A stretch of 64,000 nucleotides of DNA from an uncultured Bacilli bacterium (GTDB lineage Bacteria; Bacillota_I; Bacilli_A; RF39; UBA660): NCBI GenBank assembly GCA_947632325.1, contig CANROU010000002.1:43840-107839 (forward strand). Direction: 5' to 3'. Below, piece by piece: positions 18,841 through 28,504 of the stretch. The number at the start of each line of letters is the position of its first letter. Position 1 is the first letter of the stretch. The notes beneath the pieces were generated by a model. The model ran no database searches, had not been told where the DNA came from, and saw only the letters and a program-made list of their open reading frames with translations. The position numbers and the translations under genes were made by a program.

Positions 18841-19200
18841 ATGAACCAAATAGAAACAGTAATGATGAAATTATCACATTCTAAATTTCGTAGTAGATTT
18901 CATTTAACGTCTAAAGATAAAGAATATATTTTATCTAAAGGATGGATAACTATAGAAAAACATGCTGATGATTTCATTACTCAAAGATTATCGTATGCTG
19001 TAATTGAAAATGATGGTCGACAAACGCCAATGAGAGGACATCCCGTTTTTATTGCTCAACATGCAACAGCGACGTGTTGTCGTCATTGCCTTTTAAAATG
19101 GCATCATATTCCTATTAATCATGTTTTAACAACTAGTGAAAAAGAATATATTGTTAAAGTTATTATGACGTGGCTGAAAAAAGAAATGAATAATATTTAA
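18841..19200 (+). CDS. Conserved hypothetical protein with CCRHC-LKWH motif (DUF4186-like)
   Basis: ATATCCRHCLLKWH cysteine/histidine cluster, 119 aa. Confidence 0.35.
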   Translation: MNQIETVMMKLSHSKFRSRFHLTSKDKEYILSKGWITIEKHADDFITQRLSYAVIENDGRQTPMRGHPVFIAQHATATCCRHCLLKWHHIPINHVLTTSEKEYIVKVIMTWLKKEMNNI

Positions 19201-19284
19201 TCTAATTTATTACCTTGGTTGAAAAAATCTTAAATATTTGCTATAATTAACGTGCTTTTACTTTGTTAAGGAAAGGAGAAAAAA

Positions 19285-20937
19285 ATGAGTAAAATAAAAA
19301 TTTTTAGTTTGGGCGGCTTGAATGAGAATGGTAAAAATCTATATGTTGTTGAAGTTGATAATGATATTTTTGTTTTTGATGCGGGATTAAAATACGATAA
19401 TGAACGTACTTTGGGAATTGACTATATTATTCCTAATTTTGATTATCTAATTAAAAATCGTCAAAAAATTAGGGGTATCTTTTTAACTCATGGACATGTC
19501 AGTAACATGGGAGCCGTTCCTGATATTTTAAAAGAATTGCCAGAGATAAATATTTACGCTACAAAGTTTACTATGGAAATGTTAAAACAAAATTTATCAG
19601 TTGAACAGATAAAGACGGCTCATTTAAAAGAAATTAGACCGCATAGTAAATTAGAGTTTGGGAAATTAGCTATTTTCCCTATTAGTGTAACTCATTCTAT
19701 TCCGGATGCTGTTTGTTATGTGTTATATACAGATGATGGGGCTATTGTTTATACGGGTGATTTTGTTTTTGATTCTACCATGATCGGTAATTATAAAACG
19801 GATATTGGAAAATTAGCTTATGTTGGAAAACAAGGTGTGTTGTGTTTACTTGCTGAATCGATGTATGCTGAAAGGGCAGGACATACTAGCCCTAATAATA
19901 GAGTAGCGGATTTTATAAGAGATGTTTTAGTTAAGAATGAATATCGTATTATTGCTACTGTATTTCCCGCTCATATTTATCGTATTCAAGAAATTTTTAA
20001 TGAAGTTAGCAAAACAAGACGTAAAATTGTAATAATGGGTAAGTTGTTGCAAGATACTATTAATAAAGCTATTGCTAATAATTACTTACATATTGACCTA
20101 AATCGTATAGGTGATTTAGCTAATTTAAATGATAAAGATGTAGTTGTTTTAATATCTGATGAAAAAGAAAAACCTTTTGCTAATTTAGAAAAGATTATTA
20201 GAGGTTTTGATAAATATATCAAATTAAAAGAAACAGACACTGTTTTTATTACAGAACCAGCGTATGAAGGAATTGAAAAAAGAATGGCTTTAGTAATGGA
20301 TGAGATTGCTAAAATGAATGTTAATGCTGTGGCTTTATCTAGTAAAAAACACTTATTACATCATGCTTCTAGAGAAGATTTGATGTTAATGCTTAATCTT
20401 ATTAATCCCAAATATTATTTTCCTGTCAAAGGGGAATATCGTCATCAATATGCGAATGCTATGATTGCGACAGAATTAGGTATGGATAAAGATCATATTT
20501 TACTAAAACAAAATGGTGATGTAGTGAATTTTGTGGATGGTAATTTAGTTGATAGTTTTGAACATATAGAAGTTGATGATATTTTAATTGATGGTAAGAC
20601 GCAAGGAGATATAGGAGAGTTAGTATTAAAAGATCGTGAAATGCTAGGTGAAAATGGTATTGTGATCATAAGTTGTACTTTGGATAGACAAACCAAAAAA
20701 GTGATTGCGGGACCTGAAATTTTAACCAGAGGCTTTATCTTTGTTAAGGAAAATTATGATTTGATGGAAGAAACAAAGCGCATATCATTAGAGATAATTG
20801 AGGATAATATCAAATTGGATATTAAAAAAGTAGATTATACTAAAATCAAAACAGATGTAAGAGATAAATTGGGTAAATATTTTTATAAAGAGACTGAATG
20901 TAAGCCTATGATTATCACAGTTATTCAAGAAGTGTAA
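19285..20937 (+). CDS. rnj: Ribonuclease J (metallo-beta-lactamase/beta-CASP RNase)
   Basis: HGHVSNMG (HxHxDH-type variant) motif, beta-CASP region and C-terminal domain. 550 aa. Confidence 0.85.
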   Translation: MSKIKIFSLGGLNENGKNLYVVEVDNDIFVFDAGLKYDNERTLGIDYIIPNFDYLIKNRQKIRGIFLTHGHVSNMGAVPDILKELPEINIYATKFTMEMLKQNLSVEQIKTAHLKEIRPHSKLEFGKLAIFPISVTHSIPDAVCYVLYTDDGAIVYTGDFVFDSTMIGNYKTDIGKLAYVGKQGVLCLLAESMYAERAGHTSPNNRVADFIRDVLVKNEYRIIATVFPAHIYRIQEIFNEVSKTRRKIVIMGKLLQDTINKAIANNYLHIDLNRIGDLANLNDKDVVVLISDEKEKPFANLEKIIRGFDKYIKLKETDTVFITEPAYEGIEKRMALVMDEIAKMNVNAVALSSKKHLLHHASREDLMLMLNLINPKYYFPVKGEYRHQYANAMIATELGMDKDHILLKQNGDVVNFVDGNLVDSFEHIEVDDILIDGKTQGDIGELVLKDREMLGENGIVIISCTLDRQTKKVIAGPEILTRGFIFVKENYDLMEETKRISLEIIEDNIKLDIKKVDYTKIKTDVRDKLGKYFYKETECKPMIITVIQEV

Positions 20938-20961
20938 GAAAAACAAAAGTTTTTCTTTTTT
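20938..20961 (+). terminator. Rho-independent terminator after rnj
   Basis: GAAAAAC-aaaa-GTTTTTC stem followed by a T-run. Confidence 0.55.
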
Positions 20962-20996
20962 ACTTGAGTTTATAATCAAATATTTGTATAATAATA

Positions 20997-21590
20997 TTGA
21001 AGGTAGGTGCGAGGATGCAGGAAGATAATAGAAAATCTATGATTAAAAAATTAGGCATAGCTATTGCTTCTGTCATTTTGCTTATTGTAGTTGTAGCGGG
21101 AGTCAGTTATGCTTGGTTTACATTAACTTTACAAGGGAATAAAACACAAATTATTAAAACAGGTAATTTCGGATTAACTATAACACCTAAATCAGGAAGT
21201 GCTGGAGTTAGTTTAACTAAGTCCAAACCGCTTAGTGATACTTATGTTAAAAATAATTTGGCTTCTTTAAAACCCTATGAATTTACCGTAACTAATAACA
21301 GTGATATTTCTGCAACATATAAGTTAACGTTAGTAGATAATGCTCTTAGTACTGCTAGTAAAAGAACAAGTGATAGTGATGTTAGAGTTTATCTTGTAAA
21401 AGGAACAACTGTAACAAATAAAGGTTTAAATGAATTTGCTAGTAGATTGATTGATACAGGGACATTAGCCGCTAAGGGGACTGTATCATATAAAGTATTA
21501 TTTTATATAAAAGAAAGCGCTACTAATGCAGTACAAGGAACAGAATTCAATGCCAGTTTTAAAGTAGATGGAACACAGGTACTTAATTAG
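20997..21590 (+). CDS. Secreted protein with SipW-cognate-type signal peptide (TasA/camelysin-like) (likely true start at ATG 21015)
   Basis: Charged N-terminus, hydrophobic core LGIAIASVILLIVVVAGVSYAWFT resembling the T-x-A-x-F-S/T motif of SipW substrates. Ser/Thr-rich beta-type repeats follow. Confidence 0.35.
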   Translation: MKVGARMQEDNRKSMIKKLGIAIASVILLIVVVAGVSYAWFTLTLQGNKTQIIKTGNFGLTITPKSGSAGVSLTKSKPLSDTYVKNNLASLKPYEFTVTNNSDISATYKLTLVDNALSTASKRTSDSDVRVYLVKGTTVTNKGLNEFASRLIDTGTLAAKGTVSYKVLFYIKESATNAVQGTEFNASFKVDGTQVLN

Positions 21591-21610
21591 GTACAGTTAT
21601 GAGGTAACAA

Positions 21611-21916
21611 ATGATAAAAATAACAGTTACAAAAGATGAAGATAAATATAATCATATTATCGTTACGGGACATGCAGGATATGATAAATATGGTAAAGAT
21701 ATTGTTTGTAGTGCTGTAAGTAGTATTGTAACTACTTCTGTAAACGCTAGTTTATTACTTTATCCTAATAGTTTAACTTGTAATAGTAAAACGGGTCATG
21801 TGGAAATTTCTAATATTAAAGATAAGAAAGAAGTGCAGCTATTACTTGATAACATGCTTAATTTATTGACAGAATTAAAGGATGAGTATCCAAAATATAT
21901 AACTATTATTGATTAA
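21611..21916 (+). CDS. Prp-like cysteine protease (DUF464; ribosomal-processing protease family)
   Basis: GHAGYDKYGKDIVCSAVSSIVTT matches the His...Cys dyad region of Prp/YsxB. Not flanked by rplU/rpmA here. Confidence 0.5.
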   Translation: MIKITVTKDEDKYNHIIVTGHAGYDKYGKDIVCSAVSSIVTTSVNASLLLYPNSLTCNSKTGHVEISNIKDKKEVQLLLDNMLNLLTELKDEYPKYITIID

Positions 21917-21975
21917 ATAGATTGCGTTTTATTAATTGATATGATATACTGAATTATAATGTAGGAGGCTAAAAT

Positions 21976-22512
21976 ATGAAAAAGAAAAATGAAAAAGGAT
22001 TTACTTTAATTGAGTTATTGGCGGTTATTATCATTTTAGGAGTATTATTATTGATTGCTATTCCCGCAATGACAGGTATTATTGAAGGAGCTAAGAAAGA
22101 CAGCTGGGTTTCAACAGCTAAAAACTATATTTCACAAGTACGTTATAGTGCTCTACAAGGTGATTATGCGCTTCCTGGAAGAAGTGAATGTACAATTGTG
22201 AATGTTACGAAAATTAATTTGGAACAAGGGGATCCAACTAAAAGTGTTTATGGTCAAAAATGGAAAACTGCTTATGTGGCTATTATAAATACCCCAGGTA
22301 CTGATGGACAAGATAAATATACGTATTATTTTGGTGGATGTGATGCTGAAAATAATAGTATGGGCTGGACTGCTGAAAATAATATGACTAGAGCCGGTGT
22401 TTTAAGGAGAAATAGCAATTGCCCTGTTTCTGCTTCAGGAAATACTATTCAGGATGTAACTAATGGTGATAATAGCAGTACAACAACTTGTACTTGTGTT
22501 AATTGCCCCTAA
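21976..22512 (+). CDS. Type IV pilin / competence-type pilin paralog 1 (prepilin N-terminal cleavage-methylation motif)
   Basis: MKKKNEKG/FTLIELLAVIIILGVLLLIAIPA class III signal. ~150 aa globular domain with C-terminal Cys cluster. Confidence 0.75.
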   Translation: MKKKNEKGFTLIELLAVIIILGVLLLIAIPAMTGIIEGAKKDSWVSTAKNYISQVRYSALQGDYALPGRSECTIVNVTKINLEQGDPTKSVYGQKWKTAYVAIINTPGTDGQDKYTYYFGGCDAENNSMGWTAENNMTRAGVLRRNSNCPVSASGNTIQDVTNGDNSSTTTCTCVNCP

Positions 22513-22531
22513 TAGCTGAGGAGAAAAAGTT

Positions 22532-23056
22532 ATGAAAAAGAAAAATGATAAGGGCTTTACTTTGATTGAGTTATTGGCGGTTATTATCATTTTAGGAGTA
22601 TTATTATTAATTGCTATTCCCGCAATGACAGGTATTATTGAAGGTGCTAAGAAAGACAGCTGGGTATCAACAGCTAAAAACTATATTTCACAAGTACGTT
22701 ATAGTGCTCTACAAGGTGATTATACGCTCCCTGGAAAAGGTGGATGTACAATTGTGGATGTTAAGAGCATTAATTTGGAACAGGGTGATCCAACCAAAAG
22801 TGTTTATGGCCAAAACTGGGAACCTGCATATGTGGCAATTGTAAATCTCTCGGGTGCTGATGGACAAGATAAATATACATATTATTTTGGTGGATGTGAT
22901 ACTGAATTTAATAGTATGGACTGGACTGCTGAAAATAATATAACCCGAAAAGACGTTTTAAGGAGAAGAGGTTATTGTAATGTTTCTAAGGGTGATACTA
23001 TTGAGGCTATAACTAATGGTGCTAGTGGCAGTCAAAGTAAGTGTAGCGACCCTTAG
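22532..23056 (+). CDS. Type IV pilin paralog 2
   Basis: Same N-terminus (KG/FTLIELLAVIIILGVLLLIAIPA). >85 percent nucleotide identity to paralog 1 over the first ~330 bp. Confidence 0.75.
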   Translation: MKKKNDKGFTLIELLAVIIILGVLLLIAIPAMTGIIEGAKKDSWVSTAKNYISQVRYSALQGDYTLPGKGGCTIVDVKSINLEQGDPTKSVYGQNWEPAYVAIVNLSGADGQDKYTYYFGGCDTEFNSMDWTAENNITRKDVLRRRGYCNVSKGDTIEAITNGASGSQSKCSDP

Positions 23057-23092
23057 CCCGTTACTAGACCATATTAATCAAAGGAGAAATGT

Positions 23093-23635
23093 ATGAAGAA
23101 ATTAAATGAAAAGGGCTTTACTTTGATTGAGTTATTGGCGGTTATTATCATTTTAGGAGTATTATTATTAATTGCTATTCCCGCAATGACCGGTATTATT
23201 GAGGGAGCTAAGAAAGATAGCTGGATTTCAACAGCTAAAAACTATATTTCACAAGTACGTTATATGGCTTTACAAGGAGATATTTCTTTACCTGGGAAAA
23301 ATCAATGGGTTCCTGTTTTAATTAAGGATAGGCCTAATGGTACGTCCAGAATTAGTTTGGAACAAGGCAATGCTAATAATAGCGTTTATAATTCTCCTTG
23401 GCAAGAATATAGAACCTGTGTAGTGATTGCTAACGTGCCTGAAAACAATGGTGAAGATAAATATATTTATTATTTCTATGGTGTGGATAATGAAAATAAT
23501 TGTCAAGGTTTAACTCAAGAGTCTGAGTTAGATAGGAACGATGTTCAACGAAGGAACAATGCCAATTGCACACTAACTTGTAATGCACTTACTGTACCTA
23601 ATGCTACTTATATAGGAGGGTATGCTAATAGTTAA
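23093..23635 (+). CDS. Type IV pilin paralog 3 (divergent globular domain)
   Basis: Same N-terminal 65 aa. C-terminal domain unrelated at sequence level apart from Cys positions. Confidence 0.75.
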   Translation: MKKLNEKGFTLIELLAVIIILGVLLLIAIPAMTGIIEGAKKDSWISTAKNYISQVRYMALQGDISLPGKNQWVPVLIKDRPNGTSRISLEQGNANNSVYNSPWQEYRTCVVIANVPENNGEDKYIYYFYGVDNENNCQGLTQESELDRNDVQRRNNANCTLTCNALTVPNATYIGGYANS

Positions 23636-23691
23636 TTTGTAGGATAAAATGTTCTCAATTGAGAACTTTTTTTATAGAAGGAGGTAATGAT

Positions 23692-24576
23692 ATGTTATGG
23701 ATTGGTTCTCATGTTTCTTTTAATAAAGAAGAGCAATTATTAGGTAGTATGAGAGAAGCTTTATGTTATGGGGCAACAACGTTTATGTTTTATACTGGTG
23801 CTCCTCAAAATACACGACGTTATCCTATTGACAAGGAAATAACCAAACAAGCTTTGATGGAGATTAAAAAACGAGGATTAGATACAAGTAAAATCATTGT
23901 TCATGCACCATATATTGTTAATTTAGCTAATGAGGATGAAGAAAAGCATCAATTTTCTATTCGTTTTCTGCAGGAAGAAGTTAAACGTTGTGAAAAATTA
24001 AATATGTCTTATTTAGTACTTCATCCAGGAAGTCATGTTGGTTGTGGAGTAGATAAAGGAATAGATAATATCATTGATGGTTTAAATAAAATTTTACCAA
24101 GTTCCTCCGTTATTGTTTTATTGGAAACAATGGCTGGTAAAGGTAGTGAAATAGGTAGTAAGTTGGAAGAAATTAAGCGCATTATTGATGGAGTAGTTGA
24201 AAAAGATAAAATTGGAGTGTGTCTTGATACCTGTCATTTGCATGATGCTGGATATGATATGAATAATTTTGATGAATTCTTAACTTTGTTTGATAAAATA
24301 GTTGGTTTAAAATATCTTAAATGTATTCATATTAACGATAGTAAAAATCCATCTGATTCTCATAAAGATCGTCATGAGAATATTGGTTTTGGTTATATTG
24401 GTTTTAATAATCTTTTAAAAATAATTTATCATGATAAATTAAAAGATATTCCTAAGATTTTAGAAACACCATATATTGATAGATTATATCCTCCATATAA
24501 ACTAGAAATTGAAATGATTAGAAAGAAAAAATTTAATAAAAATTTATTAGAAGATGTAAAAACAAGTTCTAAGTAG
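23692..24576 (+). CDS. nfo: Endonuclease IV (AP endonuclease family 2)
   Basis: GGAGG RBS 8 nt upstream of ATG 23692. MLWIGSHVS...HAPYIVNLA...LHPGS...CLDTCHLHDAGYD matches metal-binding His/Asp/Glu residues of Nfo. Confidence 0.85.
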   Translation: MLWIGSHVSFNKEEQLLGSMREALCYGATTFMFYTGAPQNTRRYPIDKEITKQALMEIKKRGLDTSKIIVHAPYIVNLANEDEEKHQFSIRFLQEEVKRCEKLNMSYLVLHPGSHVGCGVDKGIDNIIDGLNKILPSSSVIVLLETMAGKGSEIGSKLEEIKRIIDGVVEKDKIGVCLDTCHLHDAGYDMNNFDEFLTLFDKIVGLKYLKCIHINDSKNPSDSHKDRHENIGFGYIGFNNLLKIIYHDKLKDIPKILETPYIDRLYPPYKLEIEMIRKKKFNKNLLEDVKTSSK

Positions 24577-24829
24577 ATAAGAACTTGTTTTTAATTTCCC
24601 AATATAATTCTTGTAATTTAATAAAAGTAGTTGGACGTAGTTTAGTTTTTAATTCATCTAATAATTTTGAGGCATCACCTTGATAAAAAGTTTTCCAATA
24701 TTTTTTAAGATAATCATAAATAATATTTACTTCTTCATCTGTTAATATTACATCTTTGCTTTTAGCGTAATTAACAATATCTTCTTTAGTGATAATATTT
24801 ATATAATTAGCAATGAGTTTTTCATACAT
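24569..24829 (-). CDS. Small hypothetical protein (86 aa)
   Basis: AAAGGAGGA RBS precedes the internal Met (MYEKLIANYIN...). The upstream 39 codons of the ORF-track call are hydrophobic read-through and probably not translated. Confidence 0.4.
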   Translation of the reverse strand: MYEKLIANYINIITKEDIVNYAKSKDVILTDEEVNIIYDYLKKYWKTFYQGDASKLLDELKTKLRPTTFIKLQELYWEIKNKFLST

Positions 24830-24888
24830 ATTTGATCCTCCTTTTGAAAATATATGCAATAAGTTTATGAATATGAGGCAAACTATAT

Positions 24889-26958
24889 ATGGTGATAAAA
24901 ATGAAAAAAAAGAAAAATAAAAATGCAAAGCTAGGGCAACAAGCAACTATATTAAGACGATTTGGTATATTAACAGGTGTTATAGTATTGTTGTTTATGG
25001 TGTTATTGTTTAGATTATACCATATGACATATTTAAATAGGCAATTTTATAAGGATAAACTAAAGGAAATTGCGGATGTTAAAATAGAAGGAAATAGCGC
25101 ACCTCGTGGTAGAATATATGATCGTAATTATAATTTATTAGTAGATAATAGAGGTATGAAAACTATTTATTATAAAAAAGATAAAAATATTACAATTAAA
25201 GATGAATTGCAATTAGCGCGAGATGTTAGTTCGCACTTGGATCTTGATATTAATAAATTAACTTTACGTAATTTAAAAGAATTTTATTTAGCGGAGCATC
25301 CCGAAGAAGTTAGTACTAGAATAACAGAAGAGGAATGGGAAAAATTAGAACAGCGAAAATTAAATCAAGGTGATATTGAAAATTTAAAGATTGATCGTAT
25401 TAATGATGATGATTTAAGTATTTATAATGATGATGATAAAAAAACGGCTTATTTATATTATCTAATGAATAGTGGTTATACTTATGATGAGAAGATTATA
25501 AAGTCCAATGTTACTGATCAAGAATATGCTTATATTGCGGAACATAATCAAATGTTACAAGGATTTAATATTAAACTAGATTGGGAAAGAGTATATTTGT
25601 ATGGAGATACTTTTAAGACAATTTTAGGTACTGTTAGTGATAATAATCAAGGCCTTCCTAAAGAATTAAAAGCTGAATATTTAAAAAAAGGTTATTCCTT
25701 AAATGATCGTGTTGGTATTAGTTATCTTGAACAGCAATACGAGGATTTATTAAGAGGAACTAAAGCTCGTTATAAAATGCTTAATCGTTATGAATTAGTT
25801 TTAGAGGAAGAAGAGGTTAGAGGCCATGATTTAGTTTTGACCATAGATATTAATCTACAACAAGCTGTGGAAAATATTTTAAAAGAAGAAATAATATTAG
25901 CTAAAGCAACTCCTAATACGGAATTTTATAATCGCAGTTTTGTAGTTGTTCAAGATCCTAATACAGGGGAAATTTTAGCTATGAGTGGTAAACAATTATT
26001 AGAAGGTAGTAATCAAATTCATGATTATACACCTGGCGTTTTAACTTCTCCTATGACAGTAGGCAGTGTTGTTAAAGGAGCTTCTATTTTAGTAGGATAT
26101 AACACCGGGGTAATTCAAATAGGGCAATATCAAGTTGATGAATGTATTAAAATATTATCGACACCAATTAAATGTTCCTGGAAAACTTTAGGAAGAATAA
26201 ACGATATCGAAGCTCTAGCTATGTCCTCTAATGTTTATCAGTTTAAAATTGCTATGAAGGTAGGAGGTGCAGTATATCAATACAATCAACCATTAAAAAT
26301 AAATCCTGAAGCTTTTGATATTTATCGTAATACTTATCAACAATTTGGTTTAGGTGTTAAAACGGAAATAGATTTACCTGTGGAAAGTTTAGGTTATCAT
26401 GGTACCTCAACTCTTCCAGGACATTTATTAGATTTTGCCATGGGACAGTATGATACTTATACGCCTATTCAACTATCGCAATATGTGACAACTATTGCTA
26501 ATGGGGGATCTAGACTGAAGCCGCATTTACTAAAAGAAATTCATGAACCAACGGCTAATAGTGAATTAGGTAAACTACAAGAAGTTATTGAGCCAACAGT
26601 ATTAAATACCATTGATACAGAGGAAAGATTTTTAAATAGAGTAAAAGAAGGGTTTCATGCGGTTACGATGGCTAGTTACGGTATAGGGCATAATTATATT
26701 GCAAATCAATATGATCCTAGTGGTAAAACGGGGACAAGTGAAAGTTTTATGGATAAAGATGGTGATGGGGTTATTGATACAGAAACTATAAGTACAGCTT
26801 TTGTTGGTTATGCTCCTAGTGCTAATCCTAAAATGAGTATCGTGGTCATGAGTCCTGATGTTAATAATCCTAATGGTCGAAGTAGTTATAGTAGTATGGT
26901 TACTAGAACCATAACAAAAAGAGTTAGTGATAAATTCTTTGAGTTATATCCGTTATGA
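24889..26958 (+). CDS. Class B penicillin-binding protein (PBP2/SpoVD family transpeptidase)
   Basis: N-terminal TM, dimerisation domain, transpeptidase motifs (SxxK region GSVVKG, SSN, KTGT in SGKTGTSE). Confidence 0.8.
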   Translation: MVIKMKKKKNKNAKLGQQATILRRFGILTGVIVLLFMVLLFRLYHMTYLNRQFYKDKLKEIADVKIEGNSAPRGRIYDRNYNLLVDNRGMKTIYYKKDKNITIKDELQLARDVSSHLDLDINKLTLRNLKEFYLAEHPEEVSTRITEEEWEKLEQRKLNQGDIENLKIDRINDDDLSIYNDDDKKTAYLYYLMNSGYTYDEKIIKSNVTDQEYAYIAEHNQMLQGFNIKLDWERVYLYGDTFKTILGTVSDNNQGLPKELKAEYLKKGYSLNDRVGISYLEQQYEDLLRGTKARYKMLNRYELVLEEEEVRGHDLVLTIDINLQQAVENILKEEIILAKATPNTEFYNRSFVVVQDPNTGEILAMSGKQLLEGSNQIHDYTPGVLTSPMTVGSVVKGASILVGYNTGVIQIGQYQVDECIKILSTPIKCSWKTLGRINDIEALAMSSNVYQFKIAMKVGGAVYQYNQPLKINPEAFDIYRNTYQQFGLGVKTEIDLPVESLGYHGTSTLPGHLLDFAMGQYDTYTPIQLSQYVTTIANGGSRLKPHLLKEIHEPTANSELGKLQEVIEPTVLNTIDTEERFLNRVKEGFHAVTMASYGIGHNYIANQYDPSGKTGTSESFMDKDGDGVIDTETISTAFVGYAPSANPKMSIVVMSPDVNNPNGRSSYSSMVTRTITKRVSDKFFELYPL

Positions 26959-28068
26959 TTAAGTTTCTTTAGATATATTTAAGACCATGCCTATCATTAT
27001 CATATAAGATATTAAACAACTTCCTCCATAACTAATAAAAGGTAGTGTAATGCCCATTATTGGTAATAAGCCTAAAGTCATGCCAATATTTTGAACTTGT
27101 TGAAAAACAATCATACTTATAATACCTACCAATAAATAGCGATTTTTACTATCGTGTGTTTGTTTAGCTAAACTTATTAATTTTAAATCAAACCATACAA
27201 TAATAGCTAATAATAGTAAGGAGCCAATTAAGCCAAAATTAGAGGCAAAGACGGCAAAAATAAAATCAGTTCCAGATTCAGGAAAATATATGGGCGTTTT
27301 GTTAAAACCATGTCCTAACCAACCACTAGAACCAATGGCTGCCATAGCATTCTCTAATTGCAAGCCTGTGCCGTTGCTCCAATCTAATAATCTATCTAAA
27401 CGATAAAAAAGTTTAGTACCAAATATTTTGATGAATAAGTCTTGTTTAAAAAAATAAGTAGTTATTAGGAAAGCCATAATAGATCCTCCAATAATGGCGA
27501 ATATTACAAAAAAGCGTAATCTAATACCACAGATGAATAACATGACTAACCAAATTATAAAATAAATCATTACCACCCCAGTATCAGGTTCTAAAAAAGT
27601 TAAAACACTGGGAATTAAAGTAATAATAAAACTTTTTATAAGAAAAATAAATTCTTCTTTACAAGAGGGATTAGGATGTTTCTTTTTAAAATTATCAATC
27701 ATAACAGCTAAGGTAATAATCAAAATTATTTTCATAAATTCACTGGGTTGGAAACTACCTATCGCAGGTATAGTGAACCAACATTTGCTATTGTTAATAG
27801 GACTGGCAAAAAATAAGAGTAACAACAATAAAATATTACCTAGTATATAAAGAAAAAAAGTTGTTTTGTATATTCTGTCATTGTTTAATAATAAAACAAT
27901 AATAACAAAGAAAAACCCAATTATATACCACCAAAATTGTTTAATGGCTAAATTTCCTAAGTATTCTGGTAGATAAGTCGATGCGCTATAGATGGTTGTG
28001 ATACTAATAATAGCTAATAATATAACCTGAAATACTATAACATAATCTATTTTTTTGTTTTTAGTCAT
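26959..28068 (-). CDS. SEDS-family peptidoglycan polymerase (RodA/FtsW/SpoVE)
   Basis: 10-TM protein with conserved PESGTDFIFA and GLLPIMGITLPFISYGGS motifs. Convergent with the PBP gene. Confidence 0.8.
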   Translation of the reverse strand: MTKNKKIDYVIVFQVILLAIISITTIYSASTYLPEYLGNLAIKQFWWYIIGFFFVIIVLLLNNDRIYKTTFFLYILGNILLLLLLFFASPINNSKCWFTIPAIGSFQPSEFMKIILIITLAVMIDNFKKKHPNPSCKEEFIFLIKSFIITLIPSVLTFLEPDTGVVMIYFIIWLVMLFICGIRLRFFVIFAIIGGSIMAFLITTYFFKQDLFIKIFGTKLFYRLDRLLDWSNGTGLQLENAMAAIGSSGWLGHGFNKTPIYFPESGTDFIFAVFASNFGLIGSLLLLAIIVWFDLKLISLAKQTHDSKNRYLLVGIISMIVFQQVQNIGMTLGLLPIMGITLPFISYGGSCLISYMIMIGMVLNISKET

Positions 28069-28151
28069 AATGTACCTCCATCTACCAATATTATGGCATT
28101 TTTAGGTAATTTTTATGTTGCAATTCATAAAATAAAATAAGGAGGAACGTC

Positions 28152-28493
28152 ATGGCTAAAAAATTACCAGGTATATATCAATCATCTTTTTCCCATCCAA
28201 TTAATAATAATAAAAAAATATTTTATTCCTATCAGGATAATAGTCCTTTAGTAAACAATAAAACAATTAAAGATAATAATACCAATTTAAATACTACAAA
28301 TAAGGTAGATATTGTTTTAAAGGATTTATTTAATGATATTGGTTATGTCTTTAATATTCCAGTCGAAATAAAAACAACTACTAAGGTTTATAATACAAAA
28401 ATTGCCGCTAAAAGACAAAATAGTTTGCTTACTTTAGATGGGGATGTTATTTTATTAACAGATATTATTTCAATCAAAAGAAAAGACCGTTAA
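28152..28493 (+). CDS. Hypothetical Asn/Lys-rich protein
   Basis: AGGAGG RBS. 113 aa, no recognisable motif. Confidence 0.35.
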   Translation: MAKKLPGIYQSSFSHPINNNKKIFYSYQDNSPLVNNKTIKDNNTNLNTTNKVDIVLKDLFNDIGYVFNIPVEIKTTTKVYNTKIAAKRQNSLLTLDGDVILLTDIISIKRKDR

Positions 28494-28504
28494 TAACGAT
28501 CTTT

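Noticed and set aside
1-19200. Calling the first block a complete ICE/conjugative plasmid segment
   Set aside because: No relaxase, integrase, replication or partition gene, oriT nic-site or flanking direct repeats are visible in the window. Mobility status needs the upstream sequence
22638-22844. Alternate-frame ORF inside pilin paralog 2
   Set aside because: Pilin frame is supported by the conserved prepilin motif and paralogy
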